A DNA stretch of 16,974 bases from Myxococcota bacterium (GTDB lineage Bacteria > Myxococcota > JACRCW01). Below, one piece after another: positions 7,388 through 16,974 of the stretch; the stretch's first letter is position 1, and every line of letters begins with the position of its first letter. The notes beneath the pieces were generated by a model. That model had not been told where the DNA came from and made no database searches. It saw only the letters and a program-made list of their open reading frames with translations. Location: positions 1 through 16,974 of the forward strand of contig JBFMGU010000226.1 in assembly GCA_040752415.1 (NCBI GenBank), written 5' to 3'. Both the position numbers and the translations under genes were made by a program.

Positions 7388-10300
7388 TCACTGGAAATTG
7401 CAGCCTTCCGCCACCCACCGATAGATGAGCTGGTAACGCGGGTCGGTGGTGTCGGCGAAGAATTTCACCGGGTGCACGGCGCCACTGCCCTGCAGCGGTT
7501 CCACCAGCACCAGGCTGCGCTCCGGGTAGCCATTCTTGTTCACCAGGAACGCCTCACCCAGGTTGTCGGGGTCGGTGGCGGCCTGGTTCACCATCTCGTC
7601 GTAGAGCTCGGTGGGGTTGTTGCCCAGGAAGAACCCGCCGGGCGCGTTGGTGGCGTTGCGTCCCTCGAAGTGGCACGAGCGACACCCCGTCCCGCCCTGC
7701 TGCGGCGTGTTGGCGATGAGCGGATAGATGTCGTTGGTGAAATGCACCGGTTGCACATTCACCTGCCGCTGCGCGCCCTCCGCAATCCATGCACGAATGG
7801 CCTGGTAGGCCGGGTCCTGCGTGCTGGCGAAAGCAAAGATGGGGTGATCCTGGATTCCCGACGCCTCATAGAGAGGTCGCACCAGCAGCGTGCTCTGGTC
7901 GGGATTCTGCACGTTGACGCGCGAGGGGTATTGCGCGGGGTTGAGCTGGGCGTACGCCGACGCCGCTCCACCGGACAGGTTCAATCCGCCTGCCGGTGTG
8001 TTGCCGGAGTGACAGCCCTGGCAGCCGAATCCGCCCTGACTGACGGGCAGGAACAGCGGATACACCTGGGAATCAAAGTCCACGTTTCCGGATGGCACCG
8101 GCGCCACGCCCGTTTCCGGGAGCACCATCCAGGTCACGCCATTGGGGCGGAAGGCCTTGGCACCCACCGGGCCAAAGTAGCGCGTGGTGCCGCGCGTGGC
8201 GTCGTCGTAGGCAATGGAGAGCTGGAAATCCAACGACGCGCTCCCCGCCGTCTGCGGAATCTCCACGAACGCTACGAAATACCCACCGTGGATTTCATGG
8301 TTCTGCGAGACGGTGAAGTTGCCCGGGGTTCCGTTGTTGTCGAGGAAATACGGGCCGCGCGTGAACCATGAGGCACCGTTGGGACCGCGGATGGTGAAAT
8401 CACCCGCCGCCACGCCGCCCACCGGGTAGGGCACGCCCTGGCCCACGGTCCCGTCGTCAAGGATGCGGCCCACGATCATGGCGTAGATGCACTGGTCCAG
8501 CGGATTGAGCCCCGGCGCATGACACGCAAAGGGAGCATCCAGGTTGACGGAGTGTTGCGTGGCCACGGCGGAAACCCAGCTGTTCTCCGCGAGATAGATG
8601 TTGGTTCCCAGCAGGTTCTGTCCCTGCGCGGTGACTTCCATGTAGCTGGGGTAGTAGCCCGCCTTGTTGGCGAACAGCACCACCTTCCCGTCGGCGGGAA
8701 TCTGCATGTTGTATTCGCCCAGCGTGGTGGCGTCGGAGCTGGAGACGGCGGTGCGCACCGGGTTGGTGCCGTAGGTCATGATGGTGGCGCCTGCCACGGG
8801 GGTGTCCGTGGAAGCCAGCCAGGCTCCCAACGCCGCGGCCTTGCCTTCCAGCACCACGGTTTGCGGCGGCGGAGGCTCAAAGGCGTGCACGTGGGCTTCC
8901 GTGGTGCAGCGCACGTTGGGATCCAGCTCGGTATGGTCGTTGTTGTGCAGCGTGATGATGATCGGGTGCTCGCCCTCGGTGGCGTCGGCGGGGACCTGGA
9001 AGCGCATCTGCGGCTCGGTCCCGGCGCCCAGCAGGTATTCCGGTCCCACGGCGTGGAAATACACATGGAAATGCCCGTGCCGGTCCACGTTGGCGCCGCC
9101 CATGCCCACGGCGTCGAGCACGAAGTAACGGACGGCCACGTTGATGTCGAGATTGCCTCCCGCCTCCAGGTGCTCATTGGCGAGCGTGACGCTCACGGTG
9201 GGCGGAGGCGGCGCGGTCACGTTGATGGTCACCGCGGCCTCGGTGGAAGGCTCACACGGGGAGTGATCATTGTTCATCAGTTTCACGACGAGCTGATGGC
9301 TCCCCACGGTGGTGTTCAGCGGCAAGGCCAGCGTGAGGCTGGGTTGCGCGCCCGCGCCCAGCAGGTTCCCGTCGGCCACCGAGTCCAGGTACACGTGGTA
9401 GTGCCCGTGTCCCGCCTGGTGCGCTCCCCCAACGTGAGACGCGTCCAGCTCGAAGTTCTGCACCGCCACGTTCAGCGTGAAATCGGTTCCCGCGGGGATG
9501 TCCGAGGTTCCCACCGAGGGGGTCACCGCGGGAACGCCGGCGGACCCGGTGACCTCGACGTTGACCGAGCAGGAGACGTTCAGCGCCGTGTGATCATTGC
9601 TGTGCAACGTCACGATGATGGGATGCGGCCCCGCCGTGGCGGTGGGCGGGATGGTGACGGCGACGCTGGATTCCGCTCCGGCAACCAGCAGGTTCTCCGC
9701 GCTCACGTCGTGGAAATACACATGGTAATGCCCATGTCCCTCCACGTTGGCTCCGCCCATGCCCGCGGAATCCAGCGTGAAGTTCACGGTCTGGATGTTG
9801 ACCTGCACCTGGCCGCCCGGGGTGGTGGTTCCCGGACTGAGCGTGGCGGAGACAGCGGGTCCCGTGGGCGCCGTGACGTCGACGTTGACGGTGTAGGAGA
9901 CAGGTGGGCTCAAGGCCGTGTGGTCATTGTTCTGCAACGTCACGATGATGGGATGCGAACCGGTGCTGGCGGTCAGCGGGATGGTGACAGCCACGGTGGA
10001 ATCCGCGCCGGCGGCCAGCAGGTTCTCCGTGCTCGTGTCGTGGAAATACACATGGTAATGCCCGTGCCCTTCCACGTTGGCGCTTCCCACGGCCGCACCA
10101 TCCAGCGTGAAGTTCACGGTCTGGATGTTGAGCGTCACCTGGGCGCCCGCGGTGACTGCAGCGGGAATGACCGTGGCGGTGACCACCGGCCCGGTGGGCG
10201 CGGTGACCTCCACCTCGACGGTGCTGCTGGCATCCGGCTCCACCGGGGTGTGGTCATTGTTGTGCAGGGTCACAATGAGGGGATGGCGCCCCGGCGCGGC

Positions 10301-10606
10301 ATTGGCGGGGATGGCGGCGGTGAAGGTCTCCTCGGCCCCCGCGCCCAGCAGGTTGGTCTTGTCATGGAAATACACATGGTAATGGCCGTGGCCCTTCTTC
10401 TTGGCGCCACCCATGCGTTCCTTGTCCAGGGTGAAGTTCTGCACGCTGATGGAAAGCGTCACCTGGCTGCCCGCCGCCACGGGCCCGGGTGTGACCGTGG
10501 CGCTGACCGAGGGGTTCTGCTCTTCTTCCCCGTCCCCTTCCGGTTCCTGGCAGGCGGTGAGGGTCAGCACAACGGACCCGATCAACAGTGAATGGCTGAG
10601 ACGCAC
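7388..10606 (-). CDS. Large lipoprotein: five His-rich Ig-like repeats, beta-sandwich region and two C-terminal monoheme cytochrome c domains
   Basis: GTG start with GGAGGAG RBS and lipobox LTAC. Five ~109-aa repeats each carry HGH(Y/F)HVY and L-x-(N/S)-NDH. CQGCH (8009-8023) and CRSCH (7670-7684) lie in duplicated domains. Confidence 0.88.
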   Translation of the reverse strand: MRLSHSLLIGSVVLTLTACQEPEGDGEEEQNPSVSATVTPGPVAAGSQVTLSISVQNFTLDKERMGGAKKKGHGHYHVYFHDKTNLLGAGAEETFTAAIPANAAPGRHPLIVTLHNNDHTPVEPDASSTVEVEVTAPTGPVVTATVIPAAVTAGAQVTLNIQTVNFTLDGAAVGSANVEGHGHYHVYFHDTSTENLLAAGADSTVAVTIPLTASTGSHPIIVTLQNNDHTALSPPVSYTVNVDVTAPTGPAVSATLSPGTTTPGGQVQVNIQTVNFTLDSAGMGGANVEGHGHYHVYFHDVSAENLLVAGAESSVAVTIPPTATAGPHPIIVTLHSNDHTALNVSCSVNVEVTGSAGVPAVTPSVGTSDIPAGTDFTLNVAVQNFELDASHVGGAHQAGHGHYHVYLDSVADGNLLGAGAQPSLTLALPLNTTVGSHQLVVKLMNNDHSPCEPSTEAAVTINVTAPPPPTVSVTLANEHLEAGGNLDINVAVRYFVLDAVGMGGANVDRHGHFHVYFHAVGPEYLLGAGTEPQMRFQVPADATEGEHPIIITLHNNDHTELDPNVRCTTEAHVHAFEPPPPQTVVLEGKAAALGAWLASTDTPVAGATIMTYGTNPVRTAVSSSDATTLGEYNMQIPADGKVVLFANKAGYYPSYMEVTAQGQNLLGTNIYLAENSWVSAVATQHSVNLDAPFACHAPGLNPLDQCIYAMIVGRILDDGTVGQGVPYPVGGVAAGDFTIRGPNGASWFTRGPYFLDNNGTPGNFTVSQNHEIHGGYFVAFVEIPQTAGSASLDFQLSIAYDDATRGTTRYFGPVGAKAFRPNGVTWMVLPETGVAPVPSGNVDFDSQVYPLFLPVSQGGFGCQGCHSGNTPAGGLNLSGGAASAYAQLNPAQYPSRVNVQNPDQSTLLVRPLYEASGIQDHPIFAFASTQDPAYQAIRAWIAEGAQRQVNVQPVHFTNDIYPLIANTPQQGGTGCRSCHFEGRNATNAPGGFFLGNNPTELYDEMVNQAATDPDNLGEAFLVNKNGYPERSLVLVEPLQGSGAVHPVKFFADTTDPRYQLIYRWVAEGCNFQ
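8880..10510 (-). repeat. Five tandem ~324-330-bp intragenic repeats
   Basis: The His-motif-encoding block TGGAAATACACATGG recurs at 10365, 10041, 9711 and 9054, with a divergent copy at about 9384. Boundaries are approximate. Confidence 0.85.
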
Positions 10607-10850
10607 GGTTCTCTCCTCCGGCCATGCTCATGACCGCAATGTGTTCCGGGTCCACCGACCCATGCTGCCGATGCCCGCGGGCACCGCTTCTTGACCGTCC
10701 CCCGTTCACTCCCGGCACGTGGCGTGCAGCCAGGCCGGGAGGAACAGCGCTCAGCGCACAAAAACGCGCAACCTCGTCGTCATGCGCTGACACCCCGGAG
10801 CGTCAGGCTCCGAAATCGCGAAACCATGCAAGTCCGGTGCAAACGCGGAT

Positions 10851-11019
10851 TGCGCCAGTTTGTGCGCCGGAATCGCGCAGAACGATCACGACATCCGGGA
10901 TTCCACGCGAAGCCGCTGCAATGCGTTCGCGATCCAGGAAACCATATGCCAATGAATCGCTGGTTTCCGGCCAGACGCAGGGGATGCGTTGCGCGGAGGT
11001 TCTGCGCGATCGTCGCGCA
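10851..11019. promoter_or_regulatory. Two TGCGC-N7-GCGCA palindromes, candidate enhancer-binding-protein sites
   Basis: TGCGCCGGAATCGCGCA (10863-10879) and TGCGCGATCGTCGCGCA (11003-11019), each preceded by an extra TTGCGC half-site, in the 445-bp region upstream of the His-repeat gene. Confidence 0.35.
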
Positions 11020-11051
11020 CAATTGAGGACCGAATTTGCGCGACCGCGCGC

Positions 11052-11786
11052 TCAACCCGGTGGTGCCACCCGCTCCAGGAAACGCGCCATGGCGGTGAGC
11101 ACGCTGAACGGAATGGTGTGCGGTCCGTTGAAGGGATGGAAATCAACGTCCAGTCCGCGCTCGGCAAGGAGGCCGCGCAGGGCTTCCGCGTCGTCAAACG
11201 GCAGCAGCGGGTCCTGGCGGCCGTGGCTCATCATCACTGGCAGTCCCCGTCGCTGCGCGGCCTTGGCGCTCCAGTCCTCCTCGCAGATGAGCGTGCCGGA
11301 GAGCACCATCAGGCCGGCGGGCGCTTCTTCGAGTCGCAGCGTGACGTCGGTGGTGAGCATGGCGCCTTGCGAGAAACCGCCCAGCACCACGCGTGAGAGC
11401 GGGAGCGCGCACTGGCGTTGCACCTCGTCCAACAGCGCCATCAGCATGCGACGCGCCCGGGTCAATCCCTCGGGGACCTCCCGGCGACGCGCGCCCACCA
11501 CCGGAATCTCCCCGCGGGAGAGCGCGAGCAGACGCTCCGGCTCCAGCTGCCACCACGCGCGGCCGCCGCCGCCCACGTCGGCCAGCAGCGGTGCTTCCGG
11601 GAAGTAGAAGCGGATGCCCGGGCCGTGCGGCCCCGCCATTCGTCGGGCCACCTCCGCGCCCAGCGGCACCAGGTCGTCTCCGCCGGCGCCGTAGCCGTGA
11701 CACAGGATGACCGCGGTGTGCGTGTTCTCGTCGGGGGAAACCACCGTGGTGGCCAGCCCGCCCAACGTGGTGTGGATGTGCTTCAT
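11052..11786 (-). CDS. Alpha/beta hydrolase, phospholipase/carboxylesterase family
   Basis: ILCHGYGA, RAWW, nucleophile GFSQG, SHGRQDPLLP (Asp) and GPHTI (His). ATG at 11786. Confidence 0.9.
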   Translation of the reverse strand: MKHIHTTLGGLATTVVSPDENTHTAVILCHGYGAGGDDLVPLGAEVARRMAGPHGPGIRFYFPEAPLLADVGGGGRAWWQLEPERLLALSRGEIPVVGARRREVPEGLTRARRMLMALLDEVQRQCALPLSRVVLGGFSQGAMLTTDVTLRLEEAPAGLMVLSGTLICEEDWSAKAAQRRGLPVMMSHGRQDPLLPFDDAEALRGLLAERGLDVDFHPFNGPHTIPFSVLTAMARFLERVAPPG

Positions 11787-11854
11787 GCTGCCCTGATACC
11801 ACGGTGGGCGCGCCGCATTGCGCATCACGGTGCCGCGCGGATAAGCCCAACGTC

Positions 11855-13024
11855 GTGAACACGTTCAACCTCGAAGAGTTCCGCGCCTGCTACCGCGCCT
11901 TCCTGCGCCCGGACCGCATCCTCCTCACCGGCCACTCGCACCAGGCCTGGCCCGACGTGGCGCGCGATGCGCAAGCCGCCTACTTCGACGACTCCGCGCG
12001 TTTCGTCGACGACAAGTGGGAGGAGGCCATCTTCCCCCGGCTGGAGCGCGTCTCCGCCCGCATCCTGGCCCGCATGGGCCTGCCCACCGACGACGGGATG
12101 GCGTTCGGTCGCAGCACGCATGAGCTGGTGTTCCGCCTGCTGACCTGTCTGCGCTGGCACCAGAAGCCGCGCGTGGTGACGACGACGAGTGAGTTCCACT
12201 CCCTGCACCGCCAGCTCAGTCGGCTCATGGAGGAGGGCGTGGAGGTGGTCTGGGTGGATGCCTCCAACCGCGCCGAGCTGGTGCCCCGTCTCCTCGAGGC
12301 CATCACGCCGGGCACGGCCATGGTGGCCTTCTCCGCGGTGCTGTTCGAGGACGCGTACGTGGTGCCGGCGCTGGAGACGGTGCTCATGCGTGCCGTCGAG
12401 GTGGGGGCCATTCCGCTGCTCGACGCGTATCACGGGTTCAACGTGGTGCCGCTGCAGCTCGGTCGCGCGGCGCCCCACGTCTTTGTGACGGCGGGCGGAT
12501 ACAAGTACGCGCAGTTCGGGGAAGGCCTGTGCTGGTTGCGCATCCCCAAGGGCACCACGCTGCGCCCCGTCTACACCGGCTGGTTCGCCGACTTTGCCGC
12601 GCTGGGTCGCCCCCGCAGTCACGAGGTGCACTACGGCGATGGCGGCGCGCGTTTCTCCGGCGCCACGTTCGACGCCTCCGCGCTCTACCGCGCCGACGCC
12701 GTGCTCACGCACCTGGACCGGTTTGGCCTGGATGTGCCCGCGCTTCGCGCGATCTCGACGCGGCACACCTCCAAGCTGATCGGTCGGCTGGAGGAGCGCG
12801 GGGTGTTGCGTCAGGCCACGCTGGTGAGCTCCCGTGACGACGCGCGGCGGGCCGGGTTTGTGAGCCTGCGCACGCCCCGGGCGGGGGAGCTGGTGGAAAC
12901 CCTGCGGAAGAAGGGCGTTTTTACCGACGCGCGGGGGGACCTGTTGCGCCTGGGCCCCGCCCCCTACCTGACCGACGACGAGCTGAGCCGCGGCGTGGAT
13001 GCGCTTTCCGACGCGCTGGGCTAG
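11855..13024 (+). CDS. kynU: Kynureninase-like PLP-dependent enzyme (aminotransferase class V fold)
   Basis: LTGHSHQAWPD, EFHS, LDAYH (PLP Asp), GGYKYAQFGEG (PLP Lys), PVYTGWFA, RF.GAT, D.RG..LRLGPAPY. GTG start at 11855 is inferred. Confidence 0.7.
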   Translation: MNTFNLEEFRACYRAFLRPDRILLTGHSHQAWPDVARDAQAAYFDDSARFVDDKWEEAIFPRLERVSARILARMGLPTDDGMAFGRSTHELVFRLLTCLRWHQKPRVVTTTSEFHSLHRQLSRLMEEGVEVVWVDASNRAELVPRLLEAITPGTAMVAFSAVLFEDAYVVPALETVLMRAVEVGAIPLLDAYHGFNVVPLQLGRAAPHVFVTAGGYKYAQFGEGLCWLRIPKGTTLRPVYTGWFADFAALGRPRSHEVHYGDGGARFSGATFDASALYRADAVLTHLDRFGLDVPALRAISTRHTSKLIGRLEERGVLRQATLVSSRDDARRAGFVSLRTPRAGELVETLRKKGVFTDARGDLLRLGPAPYLTDDELSRGVDALSDALG

Positions 13025-13067
13025 GGTCCGGCCGTTCCGGCCCTGACGGGGTCGAGGAGGGTTTTCC

Positions 13068-13841
13068 ATGTCCGTGATTCGTTCGGGTGGGTTGCCGCCG
13101 GCGTTGGTGCGTGATCGCCAGCTCTCGGAGACCGCGCGTCGTCTGGGAAATGAGGCGGACCGTGAGATGGGCCTGGCCGGCAAGAGCATCAAGGAGGCGG
13201 GTCGCCACGGTGAGGCGGCGGGGACGGCGCTGGGCCGGGCCGTCGACAACGTGGCCGACGCCACCTTCACCGCTGGTCGCGCGGTGGGTAACACCGCCAA
13301 GGGCGTGGGCGCCGCCATCCTCGGCGGAGTGTCCCGCGTGGCCTCGGAGGTCACCGACGCGCTCGGCGCCGCGCTGCAGTGGCTGGGCAAGGGGCTCATT
13401 GGCCTGGGCAACAAGGCCCGCGACGTGTCCGGCATGGGCGGCCCGCAGATCACCACCGCCACCGTCCTGGGCGACCCGCGCGCCGAGCTGTTCAGCGACC
13501 GCATGTTCAAGCTGAGCCACGACGCGTTCGAGGTGGCCGGCAACCAATGGGTCCGGAGCGTGGACCACCTGGTCAGCGCCGGTGGCGACCTCGCCAAGTG
13601 CGCGAAGTGCGTCGTGGCGGCCGCGGAGAAGACGGCGGAGGCCGCGGCCCACGTGGGCAACGCGGCGGCGCTGAAGGCCGCGCAGGGTTCGGTGATCCTG
13701 GCCAAGGAAGCACTGATGGCCGCCGAGCGTGGCGTCGACGGCGCGGGCGCGCTCTTGCAGCAGGCCGGCCGCGCGGTGATCAGCGCGGGCAACGCCGTCA
13801 ACACCGCGCGCGGCAACGACACCGCCCTCTCCGGCGGCTGA
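13068..13841 (+). CDS. Ala/Gly-rich helical hypothetical protein (257 aa)
   Basis: Strong RBS GAGGAGG before ATG, GC3-rich codons, amphipathic helical pattern, no signal peptide. Confidence 0.75.
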   Translation: MSVIRSGGLPPALVRDRQLSETARRLGNEADREMGLAGKSIKEAGRHGEAAGTALGRAVDNVADATFTAGRAVGNTAKGVGAAILGGVSRVASEVTDALGAALQWLGKGLIGLGNKARDVSGMGGPQITTATVLGDPRAELFSDRMFKLSHDAFEVAGNQWVRSVDHLVSAGGDLAKCAKCVVAAAEKTAEAAAHVGNAAALKAAQGSVILAKEALMAAERGVDGAGALLQQAGRAVISAGNAVNTARGNDTALSGG

Positions 13842-13893
13842 TTCCCTCCGCGCTACGTCACCCGTGACGCCCCGTCTCCGACGACGGGCGCGC

Positions 13894-14538
13894 TCACGGC
13901 CAGTCGCGGTCCTCCACGCAACGGCTGCCCACGCAGTGCGTCCCGCTCGGGCACGTCTCGCCCCCGGCGCAGGACACGCGCTCGCACAATCCGCTGCCGC
14001 TGCACCCGAACAGGCCCACCGGGCAAACGCCCCCCACGCAGGACAGCGCGCGGCACGCCCCGTTCACGCCGCAGCCCATGCCGGGCGGGCAGTCCTCGTC
14101 GTCGGCGCACTCCTCCACGCACGAGCCGAACTCGCTGCACACCGTGGCGCCCGGACAGTCTCCGTCCGAGCCGCAGCCCAGGCACACGCCGCCCGGCGCC
14201 GCGGTGGAGCAATTGGGGCCGTTGGGCCCGTCGGGGCAATCCGCGTTGGTGGCGCATTGGCCGGAAGGTCGACCGGCGAAGGGATCCCCACCGGCGTCGC
14301 CGCCAGATGCGGTGTTGGCGTCGGAAACCGCGGCGTCGCGCGTCGTGGCGGCGTCGGGCGTGGCGGCGTCGGGGCGCTCATTGGCGTCGGGCCGTGCGGC
14401 GTCGGAGGTGCCGGCGTCGCGCGTGGCGGCGTCGGGGGCGGTGACGACGGAAGCGTCGCTGCCCGAGGTGGGGGAGGGGTTGGGACAGGCCAGCGCGCCG
14501 AGCAAGAGCAGGGCGGTCCAAGGCGGGAAGACACGCAC
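13894..14538 (-). CDS. Cys-rich repeat lipoprotein with DAA/DAG low-complexity linker
   Basis: GTG 14538 with GGAGG RBS and lipobox-like ALAC. A DAA/DAG-rich linker is followed by 20 Cys in five 4-Cys modules (e.g. CxxDxDCP). Confidence 0.8.
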   Translation of the reverse strand: MRVFPPWTALLLLGALACPNPSPTSGSDASVVTAPDAATRDAGTSDAARPDANERPDAATPDAATTRDAAVSDANTASGGDAGGDPFAGRPSGQCATNADCPDGPNGPNCSTAAPGGVCLGCGSDGDCPGATVCSEFGSCVEECADDEDCPPGMGCGVNGACRALSCVGGVCPVGLFGCSGSGLCERVSCAGGETCPSGTHCVGSRCVEDRDWP

Positions 14539-14645
14539 GGGATAGCCTCCGAAAGGCGCTTCCCTATGCCACGCCCGCCCTGGGATGCTCCACCGCGCTT
14601 GACCGCCCGGCCCCAAGGGCGCTTGGCTTCTTTGCGGGAGGCGGG

Positions 14646-16883
<2,238 letters not shown>

Positions 16884-16900
16884 GCTCGCCGGCCCCCGAG

Positions 16901-16972
16901 TCACGGCGCCGAACGTGGCCGGCTTTCGGACTGCGGTATGAAGTACCGCTTTCGCTCCGGCGGAGTGACGAG
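16901..16972 (-). CDS. Possible 3' end of a convergent gene truncated by the window edge
   Basis: Open frame LVTPPERKRYFIPQSESRPRSAP* ends 17 nt from the kinase stop. It is too short to verify. Confidence 0.25.
   Translation of the reverse strand, partial: LVTPPERKRYFIPQSESRPRSAP
16933..16952 (+). terminator. Possible weak intrinsic terminator
   Basis: GCGGTA-TGAAG-TACCGC is a perfect 6-bp stem followed by only TTT, 50 nt after the kinase stop. Confidence 0.25.
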
Positions 16973-16974
16973 CC

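Noticed and set aside
8519..10591. 690-aa + strand ORF (also 6174..7220 and 7325..8371)
   Set aside because: Antisense shadows of well-supported minus-strand genes, with no recognisable motifs.
10713..10728. CGGCAC-N5-GTGCA sigma-54-like match on the + strand
   Set aside because: It points away from the adjacent gene and toward the 3' end of the minus-strand hydrolase, so it is likely a chance match.
10624..11607. 327-aa + strand ORF and other short ORFs across the 10607-11051 gap
   Set aside because: Arg/Ser/Pro-rich composition, overlap with the hydrolase, and no RBS or motif. The gap is better read as regulatory.
13023..13045. GC hairpin after the kynureninase-like gene as a terminator
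   Set aside because: The stem is bulged and has no U-tract, so it cannot be distinguished from background.
13617..13617. CAKC near here in the Ala/Gly-rich protein as a heme-binding site
   Set aside because: It is followed by Val, not His, and the protein has no export signal.
11825..13822. 665-aa minus-strand ORF
   Set aside because: Antisense to two supported genes and spans their junction; a shadow ORF.
14280..14465. Recurrent GGCGTCG motifs as a DNA repeat element
   Set aside because: They encode the Asp-Ala repeats of the lipoprotein's low-complexity linker on the minus strand.

Overview
High-GC bacterial window whose gene styles (PEGA-domain Ser/Thr kinase, Cys-rich DAA/DAG-linker lipoprotein, many lipoproteins) point to Myxococcota; this taxonomy is inferred. 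About 14 complete CDSs are supported, and most long ORFs in the supplied track are antisense or off-frame shadows. The left ~10.6 kb encodes four predicted lipoprotein c-type cytochromes with 12 CxxCH motifs in total: a monoheme class I cytochrome c coupled to an FN3-like/discoidin lipoprotein, an octaheme cytochrome on a 28-triplet collagen-like stalk, a cytochrome c'-like helical monoheme protein, and a 1072-aa protein with five His-rich Ig-like repeats plus two C-terminal monoheme domains. Interleaved with these are a Fur-box-like operator, a small Cys/His protein, a degenerate SDR, a SAM methyltransferase and an orphan zinc-ribbon GspF/PilC-like gene. The right part holds an alpha/beta hydrolase, a kynureninase-like PLP enzyme, an Ala/Gly-rich helical protein, a Cys-rich lipoprotein and the kinase. 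No rRNA, tRNA, CRISPR array or mobile element was seen. The best candidate for an undescribed system is the His-repeat/diheme lipoprotein together with the collagen-stalked octaheme cytochrome, a possible cell-envelope metal-binding and electron-transfer module. No database searches were run, so novelty is unverified.
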